Shown here piece after piece: positions 39,272 to 51,049 of a DNA stretch of 64,000 nucleotides. Position 1 is the first letter of the stretch. The number at the start of each line of letters is the position of its first letter. The stretch is from the NCBI GenBank assembly GCA_951406725.2, contig OX597822.1, positions 70,866,001-70,930,000 on the forward strand, written 5' to 3'. This DNA is from Octopus vulgaris. Lineage: Eukaryota. A program made the translations under genes and the position numbers. A model generated the notes under the pieces. It saw only the letters and a program-made list of their open reading frames with translations. It searched no databases and was not told the origin of the DNA.

Positions 39272-40093
39272 AGTGTGTGTGTGTGTGTGTGTGTGTGTAC
39301 GTATGTATGTATGTGTGAAGGCACATAGCTTTGTGGTTAGAGTATTTGGCCCACAATCACAAGGTCGTGAGTATGATTCCTAGCAGCACATTGTCACCTT
39401 GAGCAAGACACTTTATTTCATGTTGCTCCAGTCCACTCAGCAGGCAAAGTGACAAGCACCTGTATTTCAAAGGGCCAGTCTTGTCACATTGTGTGTCACA
39501 CTGAATCTCTCTGACAACAATGTTAAGGGTACGTGTGCCTGTGGAGTACTCAGCCACTTGCATGTTAATCTCATGAACAGGCTGTTTCGTTGATCCGGTC
39601 AACTGGAACCCTTGTCATCGCAACTGACTGAGTACCAGTTATGTAAGCGTAGCAGCTCCACTGTGTCTGACATTGGCTTACATGCAAATATACATTTCTC
39701 CATCTCAAAGTTGGCTCAGTCGACTTTGTGTGGTTGCATCTTTTTTGTCGTTCTCTGTGATTGATCAGAATGGAATGTTTCGATCTGCTTCTGGTTTCGC
39801 ATTTGTATAAACCATGACAGTTGCCATTTCTCACAAGAGAGTTTTCCTTCCTTCACTTTAGAACTCTCTCGGCACATAGTTCTTTCACTCACATCAACGC
39901 TGGCTGCTCTGCAAGTTCTCTCAATGAGCTAGCAGACTGAAAACACAATGTCACCTTCTTGGAGGCATTCTTGTGCACACTACTAGCGCCACCATCACCC
40001 CCATGTTTCCTTTTGGACCAACCAACCAACCAACCAACCAACCGTCTGTACTGGAAGAAGATTTAATTTAGCCAAGCGTTGCATGCTCAGTTG

Positions 40094-40405
40094 TGAAGGC
40101 ACATGGCTCAGTGGTTAGAGTGTTGAGCTTATGATCATGAGATTGCGAGTTTCAATCCTGGACTGGGCTGTGTGTTGTGTTCTTGAGCAAAACACTTTAT
40201 TTCATGTTGCTCCAGTTTACTCAGCTGTAGAAATGAGTTGCAATGTCACAGGTGCTAAGCTGGATAACATCGGTGGTGTGAAGAGAGGAGGCTGGTATGC
40301 ATGGGCGACTGCTGGTCTTCCATAAACAACTTTGCCTGGACTTGTGCCTGTGAGGGTAACTTTCTAGGTGCAATCCCATGGTCAGTCATGACCAAAGGGG
40401 GTCTC
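40094..40405 (+). mobile_element. SINE family B
   Basis: tRNA-like head gaaggcacatggctcagtggttagag...gagtttcaatcc and family B body. Confidence 0.85.
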
Positions 40406-40749
40406 AGCATGCTCAATTGCCAGACATGCTTATGGACAACTAAAAGTGGTGACCATTTGGTTAAATATGTAGGCATGTATGTGTGTGTGTCATGTATGTA
40501 TGTGTGTGTGTGTGTGTATGTTGTGCTATTGTGCCTTTGTTTGTCCCCCACCACTGCTTGATAACTGTTGGTGTGTTTACATCCCCATGACTTAGCAGTT
40601 CAGTAAAAGGGGAAGATAGAATTAGCACCAGACTTAAAACAATAAATACTGGGGTTGATTAGTTTGACTAAAAAAAATAATTCATTAAGATGGTGCTCTG
40701 GCATGGTTAGGGTCTCTAAGACTAAAACAAGTAAAAAATAAAAGATATT

Positions 40750-41285
40750 GGGGCAGGAGTGGCTGTGTGGTAAGTAGCTTGCTTACTTACTTAGAGAAGT
40801 AAAGGATCGGCGGGCGTTTTTTGTCTTCTCCCATTAATATCATCCTTATCCTCATTCACTTCATCAATGTCTTTGTCCAGCCCGCAAGCTACTTTGTATC
40901 GTACCTTTATGGCAAAATTTTAAAAATAAAATAGCTTGCTTGCCAACCACATGGTTCTAGGTTCAGTCCCACTACTTGGCACCTTGGGCAAGTGTCTTCT
41001 ACTATAGCCTTAGGCCAACCAAAGTCTTGTGAGCGGACTTGGTAGACGGAAACTGAAAGAAGCCTGTCATATGTGTGTGTGTGTGTGTGTGCATTTGTGT
41101 CTCTGTGTTTGCCCCCACACCATTGCTTGACAACTGATGTTGGTGTGTTTAAGTCCCCGTAACTTAGCGGTTCGGCAAAACAGACTGATAGAATAAGTAC
41201 TAGGCTTACAAAGAATAAGTCCTGGGATAGATTTGTTCAACTAAAGGCAGTGCTACAGCATGACTGAAACAAATAAAAGAATAAA
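40750..41285 (+). mobile_element. SINE family A interrupted by a 147-bp insertion (40785-40931)
   Basis: 10-bp TSD tagcttgctt at 40775-40784 and 40932-40941; the insert ends in (TAAG)n on the minus strand. Confidence 0.85.
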
Positions 41286-42288
41286 AATTATAATATTTCA
41301 GCCATCACTTGGGCTTGAAGTTATTGTCACCATTTTCCGAATAAGTGTACACTGTTATCAGGTTGAAAATGTATTATTTTTCTCCAGAATAACATTAACA
41401 CTGCTATTTCTTCAGACAGAATTTGGTTATTTTCCAATTGGATCTTTATAAATACCAATGTTTTATTGTTAGCTCTCTGATAATATGGCATGAAAATTGA
41501 GAATAAGTTGGCCTTTCATCAGCCATTTCCACAAAATCAGTCAAATTATTGCTTCTTTATTCTTATTAATGTGCAAGAATCTGACCAAGCTAACCATTCC
41601 TGGTAAAAGCTTGGTCATCTTTAACAGAAATTGATGCTGGGAATTGTGTACATAGATATATGTTTTTTTTTTTGGTTTGGTTTGGTTTTGTTTTACTTTG
41701 AGTAATGTGATATTGTTGAATGCTTGGCAGTGAAGGTTGTGTTGAGATCATGTCAAGGGTTACAGATGTAATAAATGTTTGGCGATTCCTTGTGATGCCA
41801 GTGCAAAGGTGATAGTCGAAGTTTTAGTTGAATTAATGTTTAATTACGAGAACTGAGGTTGAAAGGTTACAACAGGAAATGAAAGAAGATTCTCAAGAGA
41901 AATATAATAATATCAGTAGTGAGTCGAGAAAACTTCAGTAGAAATGATACTAAAAAGGAAAACAAAAATATATATATATATAAAATTGCAGAAAATTATG
42001 TAATATACTGTAGAGCATGTAATTGACTTGATTCCAAGGCTTATGAGAAAGGGGCAGGATGGACAGAGAAAGAATTTTCAAGGTTCAGAAATGGCTTGCA
42101 TATATTGAAGATTAGCTTTCATAGAAAAGAAAGGGGCCATAAAAGAAATTTTTGTATCCATTGCTACAATTACTCTCAAAGGGCCTGGTTTATTCCATAC
42201 ATAAATGATTTTTTAATCTTGATGTTAAATAATTTCAGTCTTATAATCCTGAGAAAACCAGTGAAGGAAAGTTCTAATAATAATAAGT

Positions 42289-42783
42289 CTTGGTATTAAA
42301 GATGGGCTACAGCAAATATTCTGCTCAATACCACAGATTTGCTTGTCAGTTGTTTGACCTTAACCAGTTGAGCATGTCCCTTAGTGGCTGATGATATGTG
42401 CATCTCTGATCACGAGCAGAAGTAGTGGGGGAGTATCATAGCCATGTGTTGAGAGGAATTCTTTGGGGTTTGAATAATTCACCTCTGGAAACATGGGTGT
42501 TTCATTCAACATCCTTAAACAACCCTTACTCAGGGACCTTTTGAGCAAGATGGGTTACTCGACCAGAAGAAAATTCTAACTGGGCCCCACCTACAAGGTG
42601 ATGTGCTGTTTATCTTGATATGAGATCATCATGTCACGCACATATGGTTGTGATGCATGTGCCTGGTGTACCCTTATCAGACGGGTAGTCATGATGGGTA
42701 TACTGGGCTTCGTATATTTTACCCCAGTGTCACTTTGATGGCATGCACTGCTCTCTCACTCAATAATAATAATAATAATAATA
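42289..42783 (+). mobile_element. Probable non-LTR retrotransposon 3' UTR with (AAT)n tail
   Basis: GC-richer block ending ctctctcactc-(aat)n and preceded by taataataa. No coding motif recognised. Confidence 0.45.
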
Positions 42784-42784
42784 G

Positions 42785-43129
42785 CAAGAGCACTCAGAGA
42801 GCACAAACCTCTGCCAAGGCAACACCAACGTCCTCTCAACAATTAGCCAGAGATGATTTTTAAAATGAGAATATCTGAAATAAACTAGACTGCTCTCACA
42901 AATGAGAATACTAAAAATGAAACAGGCTACTCTCAAAAATTAAGTAAATTAACAGTAAAAATAATCCAGAATCCTTGTCTGGTACCAGATTGATCCCAAA
43001 ATCTAATCAGTTCGTGCCAGTCACGAGGCCAAACATCCCTGAAAGTTTAATCCGAATCCATCCATCAGTTCTAGAGATATCTTGTCCGTAGACAAACAAA
43101 CACGACTGCCTTAGCAAAGGCAGAGGTAA
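42785..43129. mobile_element. Helentron/HINE-like non-autonomous element
   Basis: caagagcactcagagagc start, sub-terminal inverted repeat acctctgcc (about 42807) / ggcagaggt (about 43119), and a (ACAA)n near the far end. Confidence 0.55.
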
Positions 43130-43409
43130 AAATAGTATTAGAATACCAAAGGTGGAGTAATATACTATTTCATTAAAGCTGAAAGGGTCTTCACAAACTC
43201 TTACTAAGGGTTTCATGTGGTTCTTCATCAGACAGTTGTGACATTACTGAATAATTAAATCATATGAATGTATGTTATATGTCTTTACAGTACAACAAAC
43301 ATTTCAATCTGATTGAGTAACTGATGTCAAAAAATTATGGTCAAAAGAAACTCTGGGTAACAATTTGTGAAGATTTTTTTCAGCTTTGCTAAAATGGGGT
43401 GTATTTATG

Positions 43410-43444
<35 letters not shown>

Positions 43445-44726
43445 CAGATAAACATACAGATGGATAGGTACATAGGTTATAAGAACAGACAAGCACACAT
43501 ATGCAAATGGAGACTGAAACATATGACCATATATACACACACACTTTTCTCCACACAAGGACATATATGTGTGGACACAGGTCCACACATATAGAGATGC
43601 ACATCCATACATACAAACATGGTACATAGTTGCAAAACACGCACACAGACATGCACACACAAGGAGACAGAGGTGCATACATATACAAACAAATGCTTAC
43701 ACACACACATACATAGAAAATACACAAACATGGACATGCAAGCACATGAATATGCAGAATACATACATACAGATGCACACACATACATACATATGCATAC
43801 ACACATATATACATATGCATACACACACATATATACATATGCATACACACACATATATACATATGCATATACACACATATATACATATACACATGCATAC
43901 ATACATACATGCATGCATGCATAGGCGCGCACACACACACACACACTGGCCCACACACATGTGCACAAACAAACAAAAAGGAACGCAGTGTAAATTATGG
44001 ACAGAGTCAAGAATATTGAAAAGGTTGCAAAGCGCAATGAAAATTTTAGGAAAATAAAAATAAGAAATAAGTGGAAATTTTACCGCTGTGTTAAATTATA
44101 CGGCACAAAAAAAAAAATGACTGTCCCCAGACACAACAGAATATGCTTCAACACACGAACTCACATAAAGAATCTTGCAAACCAAATTCAAAAACGAAAC
44201 ATATATATACATATATATAAACAATTTATATATTTGCTGGAAATAGCAGTTGATAACTGTACGATGCTATGTAAAGCTTCACTGAATGTATAGAGACAAA
44301 GATGTGTGTGGGTGGTGAACATAAAAAATTTTCGTTTTACCTCTGGGAAGAACACCGGACGAATGGACAACCCAGAATGGATAACCTAGGAGTCAAGTTT
44401 CAGACTTGCCAGTATATGTTTGTTATTATAAATCTGGTTAATCTCCTTCAGCTAGGTTTACTGAAGATGAAATTTAAAATATCCACTACATCAATGCCAG
44501 TATATTCGGCTGAATGCCTAACCATAAACAGAACTGAGATCAGTGAAAAAAAGTATTGACTGCTATTTCCAGCAAACATTGGTGCCTTGTTGTGCCACTA
44601 TTTCCTATTTATAATTCTAACTTTTCAGTGCTTTATTTAGCTGGAAAATAATGCTATTGTATTGCAATAATATTTATAATTAATATATATATATATATGT
44701 GTGTGTATGTGTGTGTGTGTGTATGT

Positions 44727-45110
44727 CATTGTTCAGTTTTATTTCAAGATTTTTTGCCAATAGAGAAAGGGCCAGTTTTTAACCTATATCCAAGGCTCCT
44801 TCATTGGAATTTCAACATCAACAACAGGGTATTTTCGATTGTATGTATGTATATGTGCAGATTTGTATGTTTTGTTTTATGTATGTATTCTCATGCATAT
44901 AATTGCATATCTAGACATGCTCATATATATTTAAATGATAAACTTCTGTAAAGTTTTACAGATTTTTACAGTTCCAGTGATGGACTGGATCTGTAATCTT
45001 CAAATTAGCTTTCTCCTTTCTGGTTTTGAGAAGCCTAATTTCTCAAGATTGGTATTTAGGTAGTGTATTGTGTATGTATGGGCCCCAATAATTACAGGTA
45101 TAAACCTGAA
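44727..45110 (-). mobile_element. R4/Dong-like LINE 3' end (second subfamily)
   Basis: Minus strand reads FRFIPVIIGA...LNTNLEKLGFSKPERRKLI*RLQIQSITGTVKICKT, homologous to the end of the 38697-39356 ORF. Confidence 0.75.
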
Positions 45111-45422
45111 TATGTAGGCATACATGTATATATGTATGGTGAACTCTCCAGTCATAAATGACGGATGACCATTCTACAATTCCTTGCTAAACTATCTGCA
45201 CAGATGATCTGTTTATTAGTGACCAGAATGTTTGCGCTGTACATTAACTCACTTCCCCAATTAAATTGACATTGTCCATATAGGGAAGATACCAGATGAC
45301 AAAGTGATCATGAAGCAAAGTGAAATGAAGTGTTTTGCCTAAGAACACAAGAACTGAAACCATGATCTTGTGATTGTGAACGCAGCACCTGAACCACTAG
45401 GCCATTGCACTTTCATATATTG

Positions 45423-45457
<35 letters not shown>

Positions 45458-45580
45458 ATACACACATATACATGCACACACACACACACAAAAATATATT
45501 TACACACACACACACACATATGTATGTGTGTGTATGTATATATGTGTGTGTGTGTTGCATGTATGTGTGTGTGTATCTAT

Positions 45581-46170
45581 CACTGAGAGAAAAGTTGGAC
45601 ATAAGGAGCATCGGATGTGGTGTGCAAGAGAGATGATTGTGCTGGTATAGTCATGTGATGTGTATGGATGAGTGGAGGGAACCTGTGGAAGAGGTAGACC
45701 CAGGTAGACATGGGCTGAGGCGGTGAAGCCCAAACTTTGAACATTGGGCTTCACAGAGGCAATGACAAGCAATCAAGACCTTTGGAGTCATGCCACGCTT
45801 GAGAAGACCCGGCAAGCCAAGTGACATAGGTTGATGCCAGTGTTGCACAACTGGTCCATTTAAAAGCATCCTTCAATCGTCAGGCCATATGCCATGCTTG
45901 TGAAAACCTGTCGAACGGAGTGAAATTGTAGTCGTGGCTGATGCCAATGCTGCCTGACTGGCACCTGTGCTAGTGTCACCTGACTGGCACATGTGCTGGT
46001 GGCACATAATAAGCACCCACTACACTCTCAGAGTGGTTGACGTTTGGATGGGCATCCAGTTGTAGAAACCTTGCCAAATAAGATTGGAGCCTGGTGCAGC
46101 CTCCCAGGGTACTAGTTCTCAATCAAACCCTCCAACTCATGCCAGCATGGGAAGCGGACGTTAAACTACG
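45581..46170 (+). mobile_element. RTE-clade LINE 3' end, same family as 10541-11311
   Basis: LREKLDIRSIGCGVQER...GRPR*TW, with the same 3' UTR and tail. Confidence 0.8.
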
Positions 46171-47984
46171 ACGACGACACACACTCATACATATATATAT
46201 ATATATATATACACATATATATATATATATATACATGTGTGTGTGTCTATGAGTCCGTGTTTGTGCCTCCCCACCACTACTTGACAGTCCGTGTTCATTT
46301 GTTGACATCCCCGTAACTTAGTGGTTCAGCAAAAGAGACCAACAGAATAAGTATCAAACTTTGAAAGGATAAATATTGGTGTCAATGTGTTTAAGTAAAA
46401 CCCTTCATAAAGGCGCCCCAGAAATGACCACAGTAGAATGGCTGAAACAAGCATAAGGTAAAAGAAAAGACGGTAACGTATGTATAGTGTATGATGGTTA
46501 TACTTGAACTGCGTGTATATAAATAAGGTGATTGTTATAATTTGTGTGAGTGTTTATCATTGTGTGTTTGCGTGTGCAATTTCACTAATGACTAACAACA
46601 GACAATTTCAAAGATAGACCAAACAGTGTTGAACCTATTTTAAAACATTTTGAGGAAAATTGAATCAAATAAACGTCTTCTTGACCTAGAATAATATTTC
46701 CAATTGAGAAACTTCATGGGTCAAACAAAAACCACCTTTTATCTCATGGTCAAATGGCAAACACTAAGATGTATTTGTAGAAACTTACTGTAATGATGAA
46801 ATAGCTATTATTATCGTTGGTTATTCCAGAGGAAACTTAACAGTCCACATGTCACCCAATGTCAGTAGAGGTCAACATTAGAATTATACTGACCAGTGCT
46901 GTGATATAAACATAATTAGTTACAGTATTGTTTTAACGATATTGCTCATGATGACAGCAACGTCAGAAAATATTTTTAAGATATTCTGTTAGTATTATTT
47001 TAAAGATATTTACAAGCTACTTACTTTAGGAAGTTTCTCGTATATTTCAAGGGTCACTCAATTGGAAGAGAACACGAGATGAATTATTGTTAATACGAGT
47101 TTCATCTCTGGAGAGTTTAACTTGATGCGTGCTCGTTGAGCAGTGAGTGGGCGTCGAGTTAAGAGAGTTATTCCCCTTGAGTTTAGAAATAAAAGAACTG
47201 AGTTTCAACGTAGAGAGTTTAGAAATAAGAGGCCAGATGATGATCGGAGATCAAGATAATCAAAGCGTAATGTAGATGAGCACATTAAAATATTTATATT
47301 TCTAAAGATGAAGTTAAGAGTCCAAAACTATTTTTGTCATGAAAGAAGTTGCTGTCAGATTAAAAAGTTTGTTTTGAAACCTCATAGCTTCAAGCCTCAT
47401 TGCACACCATCATACATAAGTGTGTGTGTGTGTGTGTGTGTGTCTGTCTGTCTGTCTGTATGTGTGTATGTATGCATGTGTGTGCATGTATGGATGCATG
47501 TCCATGTAGGTATATATGTATATATGTGTACGTATGTACACATGTATGTATGTGTATGTACGTGTGTGTATGTATGTACGTATGTATGCATGCACATGTG
47601 TGTTGTATGCATGTATGTATGTATGTGTGTGTGTGCATGAATGGATGCATGTTCATGTAGGTGTATGTATGTATATATATATGTGTGTGTGTGTGTGTGT
47701 ATATATATATGTATGTACGTATGTATGTACACATGTGTATGTATGTATGTATGTATGTATGCATGCATGTATATGGATGTATTGAAAAGTTGGTACTTTG
47801 AATGAGTTAGCATAACAGTTAACCAATGCTTAGAAACCTTTGTAAATCCATGTATATCCAACATTCCATCAAGTTTTAAACATAATTCTCCCAAGGTACT
47901 GTACAGTGGAACTGAACCCAAAACCACATGGTTACAAAGCAGCCTCCTTACTCACACACACACAACCATAGACCTTTACAAAGC

Positions 47985-48445
47985 ACATTAGGTGCCAAAT
48001 TTGGATGCTTGGTAACTGGCTCCCACAAAGATGGTACTCTTCAGCAAGATCGAGACTGGAAGAACATCTCATGAATGTTCAAAACTTCATTTTCATCTCA
48101 ATTGATCTCTCATTTTATCTTGCATTCCTTCCACTTGGTTGGAGCCTCTGTCTGTTAATCAGAAGGCATGGAAGTCCCTGTGTGATGTTGGAGTAGAGCA
48201 CTTTAAAACTGAATCTCGAAGACTGCATGAAGAGAGGAGAAGACATCATCATCAAACCCCTGCAGCTGTTGTTGGGAGACATTTTCAGTGTCCTCGGTGC
48301 CACAGAATCTGCCTGTCTTGTATTGGTCTTATCAGTTGTGCCTGCTCCCATGAGAAACAATGTGCTGGGGGTGGAGGAGGATGAATATCTTGGATTGATG
48401 CTGGCATCTCCTTTGATGGGCTGTCATAAGTAAGTAAGCAAGTAC
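47985..48445 (+). mobile_element. RTE/BovB-like LINE 3' end with (TAAG)n tail
   Basis: ORF 48139-48384 reads WEPLSVNQKAWKS....GVEHF....R....FQCPRCHRICLSCIGLIS; tail taagtaagtaag. Confidence 0.75.
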
Positions 48446-49439
48446 AGGTAAAATTACCCCTGAGGGTAACTGGCTGCCAAGCCAATTTCCCTCATTGGCT
48501 CATACCAGTTCTCCCTTGGTTAAAAATCCAGTTTATCACCAAATTTAATTGATGATTTTGAAAAGACCTGCCCACCACAACAGAATTGGAATCCTAAAAC
48601 CAAGGTGTCACATAGAAAGCCTTGATGTGGGTGCTGGTGCCACTTAAAATGCACTATTGCTGGAGCCACACAAAAAGGCGCTGGTGATGGTGCCATATAA
48701 AAGGCACTGTTGATGATGTCATGTAAAAGCACCCACTACACTCTGTGGAGTGGTTGGCATTAGGAAGGGCATTCAGATGTAGCAACAAAGCCAATAAAAC
48801 TTATTGAACCTGGTGCAGCCCTGCTATTGTCAGTTCCTGCCATGCCAGTTCCTGTCATGCTGTCCAACGCATGCTAGCATAGAAAACAGACATTAAATGT
48901 TGATGTGACGATGATGATGATGATGAAAAGCAGGATGTAATAGTATGTTTATATTTGCAACACCCCATATAACTGTTGTCATAGTTGTAAAGATGAAACA
49001 TGATAGCTGTCCACTTGGAAAGCTACTTGAACAATATAGAATATAATGTGGACTATATCAACAATAACAGGAATGTGAACATAAATAAAAGATTAGAAAA
49101 GCGTTTGTAATCTGAAACTACTGTAAATTTAAAGAGAAAACTTATAAATAATTCTCTCAGCTGGACTGGCTTTAAGCTATGAGAATTAAGTTTAATATAA
49201 TTATATTTAAATACCCTGACAAAACAATTAACTGATTAATAAATGTGGGATGTTTTGTATCCTAGTGGGTTTAGTTTGTGGCAGTAAAGTTTGGAAACAC
49301 TCGATCTGAAGAAAGATAGAAATTAAGTAATTGATTATTATAGAGAAAAAAATAACCAAAGAAATAATGTTTCTATTCTCAAATATATGATTGCCATGGA
49401 GCATAAATATGTTCTTATTTTGTGATAGTTTACATGTTT

Positions 49440-50045
49440 AGTTATAGTAAATCAGGGATTATATGACACTGTGTTTTCTATATATTGCAAATGAGGTTAA
49501 ACTGCTGCTATGCCTGGCAACATGTAACCACCACTGAGGAGATTCAATACAGATCAAAACCATGTGATCTGCTGGTCTTGAAGCTAGGGTAGTAGGAGTT
49601 ATCTCCCACTTGTGATAAATATTGGGTGTGAGTCATGCACTGAATAAACTAGCTAGAGGAGGTGTCTTCTTGGGGTTAAATGGCAATATCATTGTCTCTT
49701 AGAGGACAGTCACAATAAAGTGGTTAGAAGTAATCATTTTTGGTTCATATACTGCTTCTATCTCAAACAGAGATTTTCTAATGGACTAGTTTCCTGTTTA
49801 CAAAATCAGTGATTGTATGAGATCATGTTTCCTATATATTGCAAGCGAGGTTAAAATGCTACCATGCCTTGCAATGAGTGTCCACCACTGAGGAGATCCA
49901 ATATACATTGAACTGCATGGTCTGGTAGTCTCGAAGTCAGGGTGGCAGGAATTATATCTTAGCTTGCAATAAATATAAGATTTGAGAAGTACACTTAATA
50001 AACCAGCTGGAGGAGATGTCTTCCTGGAGTTAAATGGCAATATGA
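49440..50045 (+). repeat. Diverged tandem repeat (period 354 bp), each unit carrying a decayed type-I hammerhead motif
   Basis: ccaccaCTGAGGAgat.caata at 49528 and 49882; aligned flanks from ctatatattgcaa..gaggttaaa to gttaaatggcaatat. Confidence 0.75.
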
Positions 50046-50327
50046 CTCAAGGATCCTATTATAAGGTGCAGTCATGGTTGTGTGGCTAAAAAGGTTGCTT
50101 ACCACCCATGTGGGCTTGGGTTCAGTCCCACTACATGGCACCTTTGTCAAGGTGTCTTCTACAATTGCTCTAGACTGATCAAAGCCTTGTGAGTAAATTT
50201 GGAACAAGGAAACAGAAAGAAGCTTGTTATGTGTGTGCCTATATGTATATATGTACGTATGAATATATGTTTGTACGTAGGTATGTATATATGTATGTAC
50301 ATATGAATGAGTGTGTGTATGTATGTG

Positions 50328-50620
50328 TCTCGTCTATTTTTTAATTATCATAAATCTTCCACCGAGGAGGGAGCCAGTTTCTAACAAAGATACAAAGCTC
50401 CATGTTTGGGATGTAGTTAACACCAACAAATTCACATTTGGAAGTTGAGAAAGTCTTGCATATTTTTACTGTTCCACTCACAGATTGAACTTGTAATGTC
50501 AGTCAATTTCTATTTTTGAAAATCCCAGATTCTCCTTTAAGCACTTACTAACAAAACCTAGTGCTCCAATTATTACTGGTGCGAATATGAATTCATAATC
50601 TGGATATAGAAGCTGGAAAC
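50328..50620 (-). mobile_element. R4/Dong-like LINE 3' end, same subfamily as 38690-39271
   Basis: Closely matches 38690-39040 (tctattttttaattat.ataaatcttccac.gaggagggagcc...tctggatatagaagctgg). Confidence 0.8.
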
Positions 50621-50672
50621 ATATATCGAAAAATACCTTAGGAATGAGAACCTAGGTTCAAAATTTCCCCAA

Positions 50673-50718
50673 GACACCTGATGAAGGCTGGAAGGTATAT
50701 CAACCGAAACGTTGTGTT
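50673..50718 (+). ncRNA. Minimal type-I hammerhead ribozyme motif in a Penelope pseudo-LTR (about 50620-50778)
   Basis: GACAC-CUGAUGA-A-GGCUG..CAACC-GAAA-CGUU-GUGUU; same family as 24786-24831. Confidence 0.7.
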
Positions 50719-51049
50719 AACAACAAACAAGATGAGGACAAATATCCATCAAATGTAAATAATGTACATAATTCCTATTTTCTATGGCAAGTTTGCTATA
50801 CTCTTTTTATTAATATGTGTGTGTGTACTTTTGTCATGACATCTTGCGGTGCTCGTAAATGAGTATTGCCATCATACAAACGAGGTTGCTCATTATCAGT
50901 CTTCCATGGCAACATGTCTGAGTCACAGGGAAATATCAATCTGGCTTGGAAACTGATGAGGGTTGGTGACAAGAAGGGCATCCAGCTGTAGAAATATCTG
51001 TCTCATCAGATACTATCCGACTCATGTAAGCACGGGAAAGCAAATGTTA

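Noticed and set aside
41742-41764. tgagatcat resembling the bantam seed (also near 42621 and 49818)
   Set aside because: Seed-only matches with no precursor hairpin.
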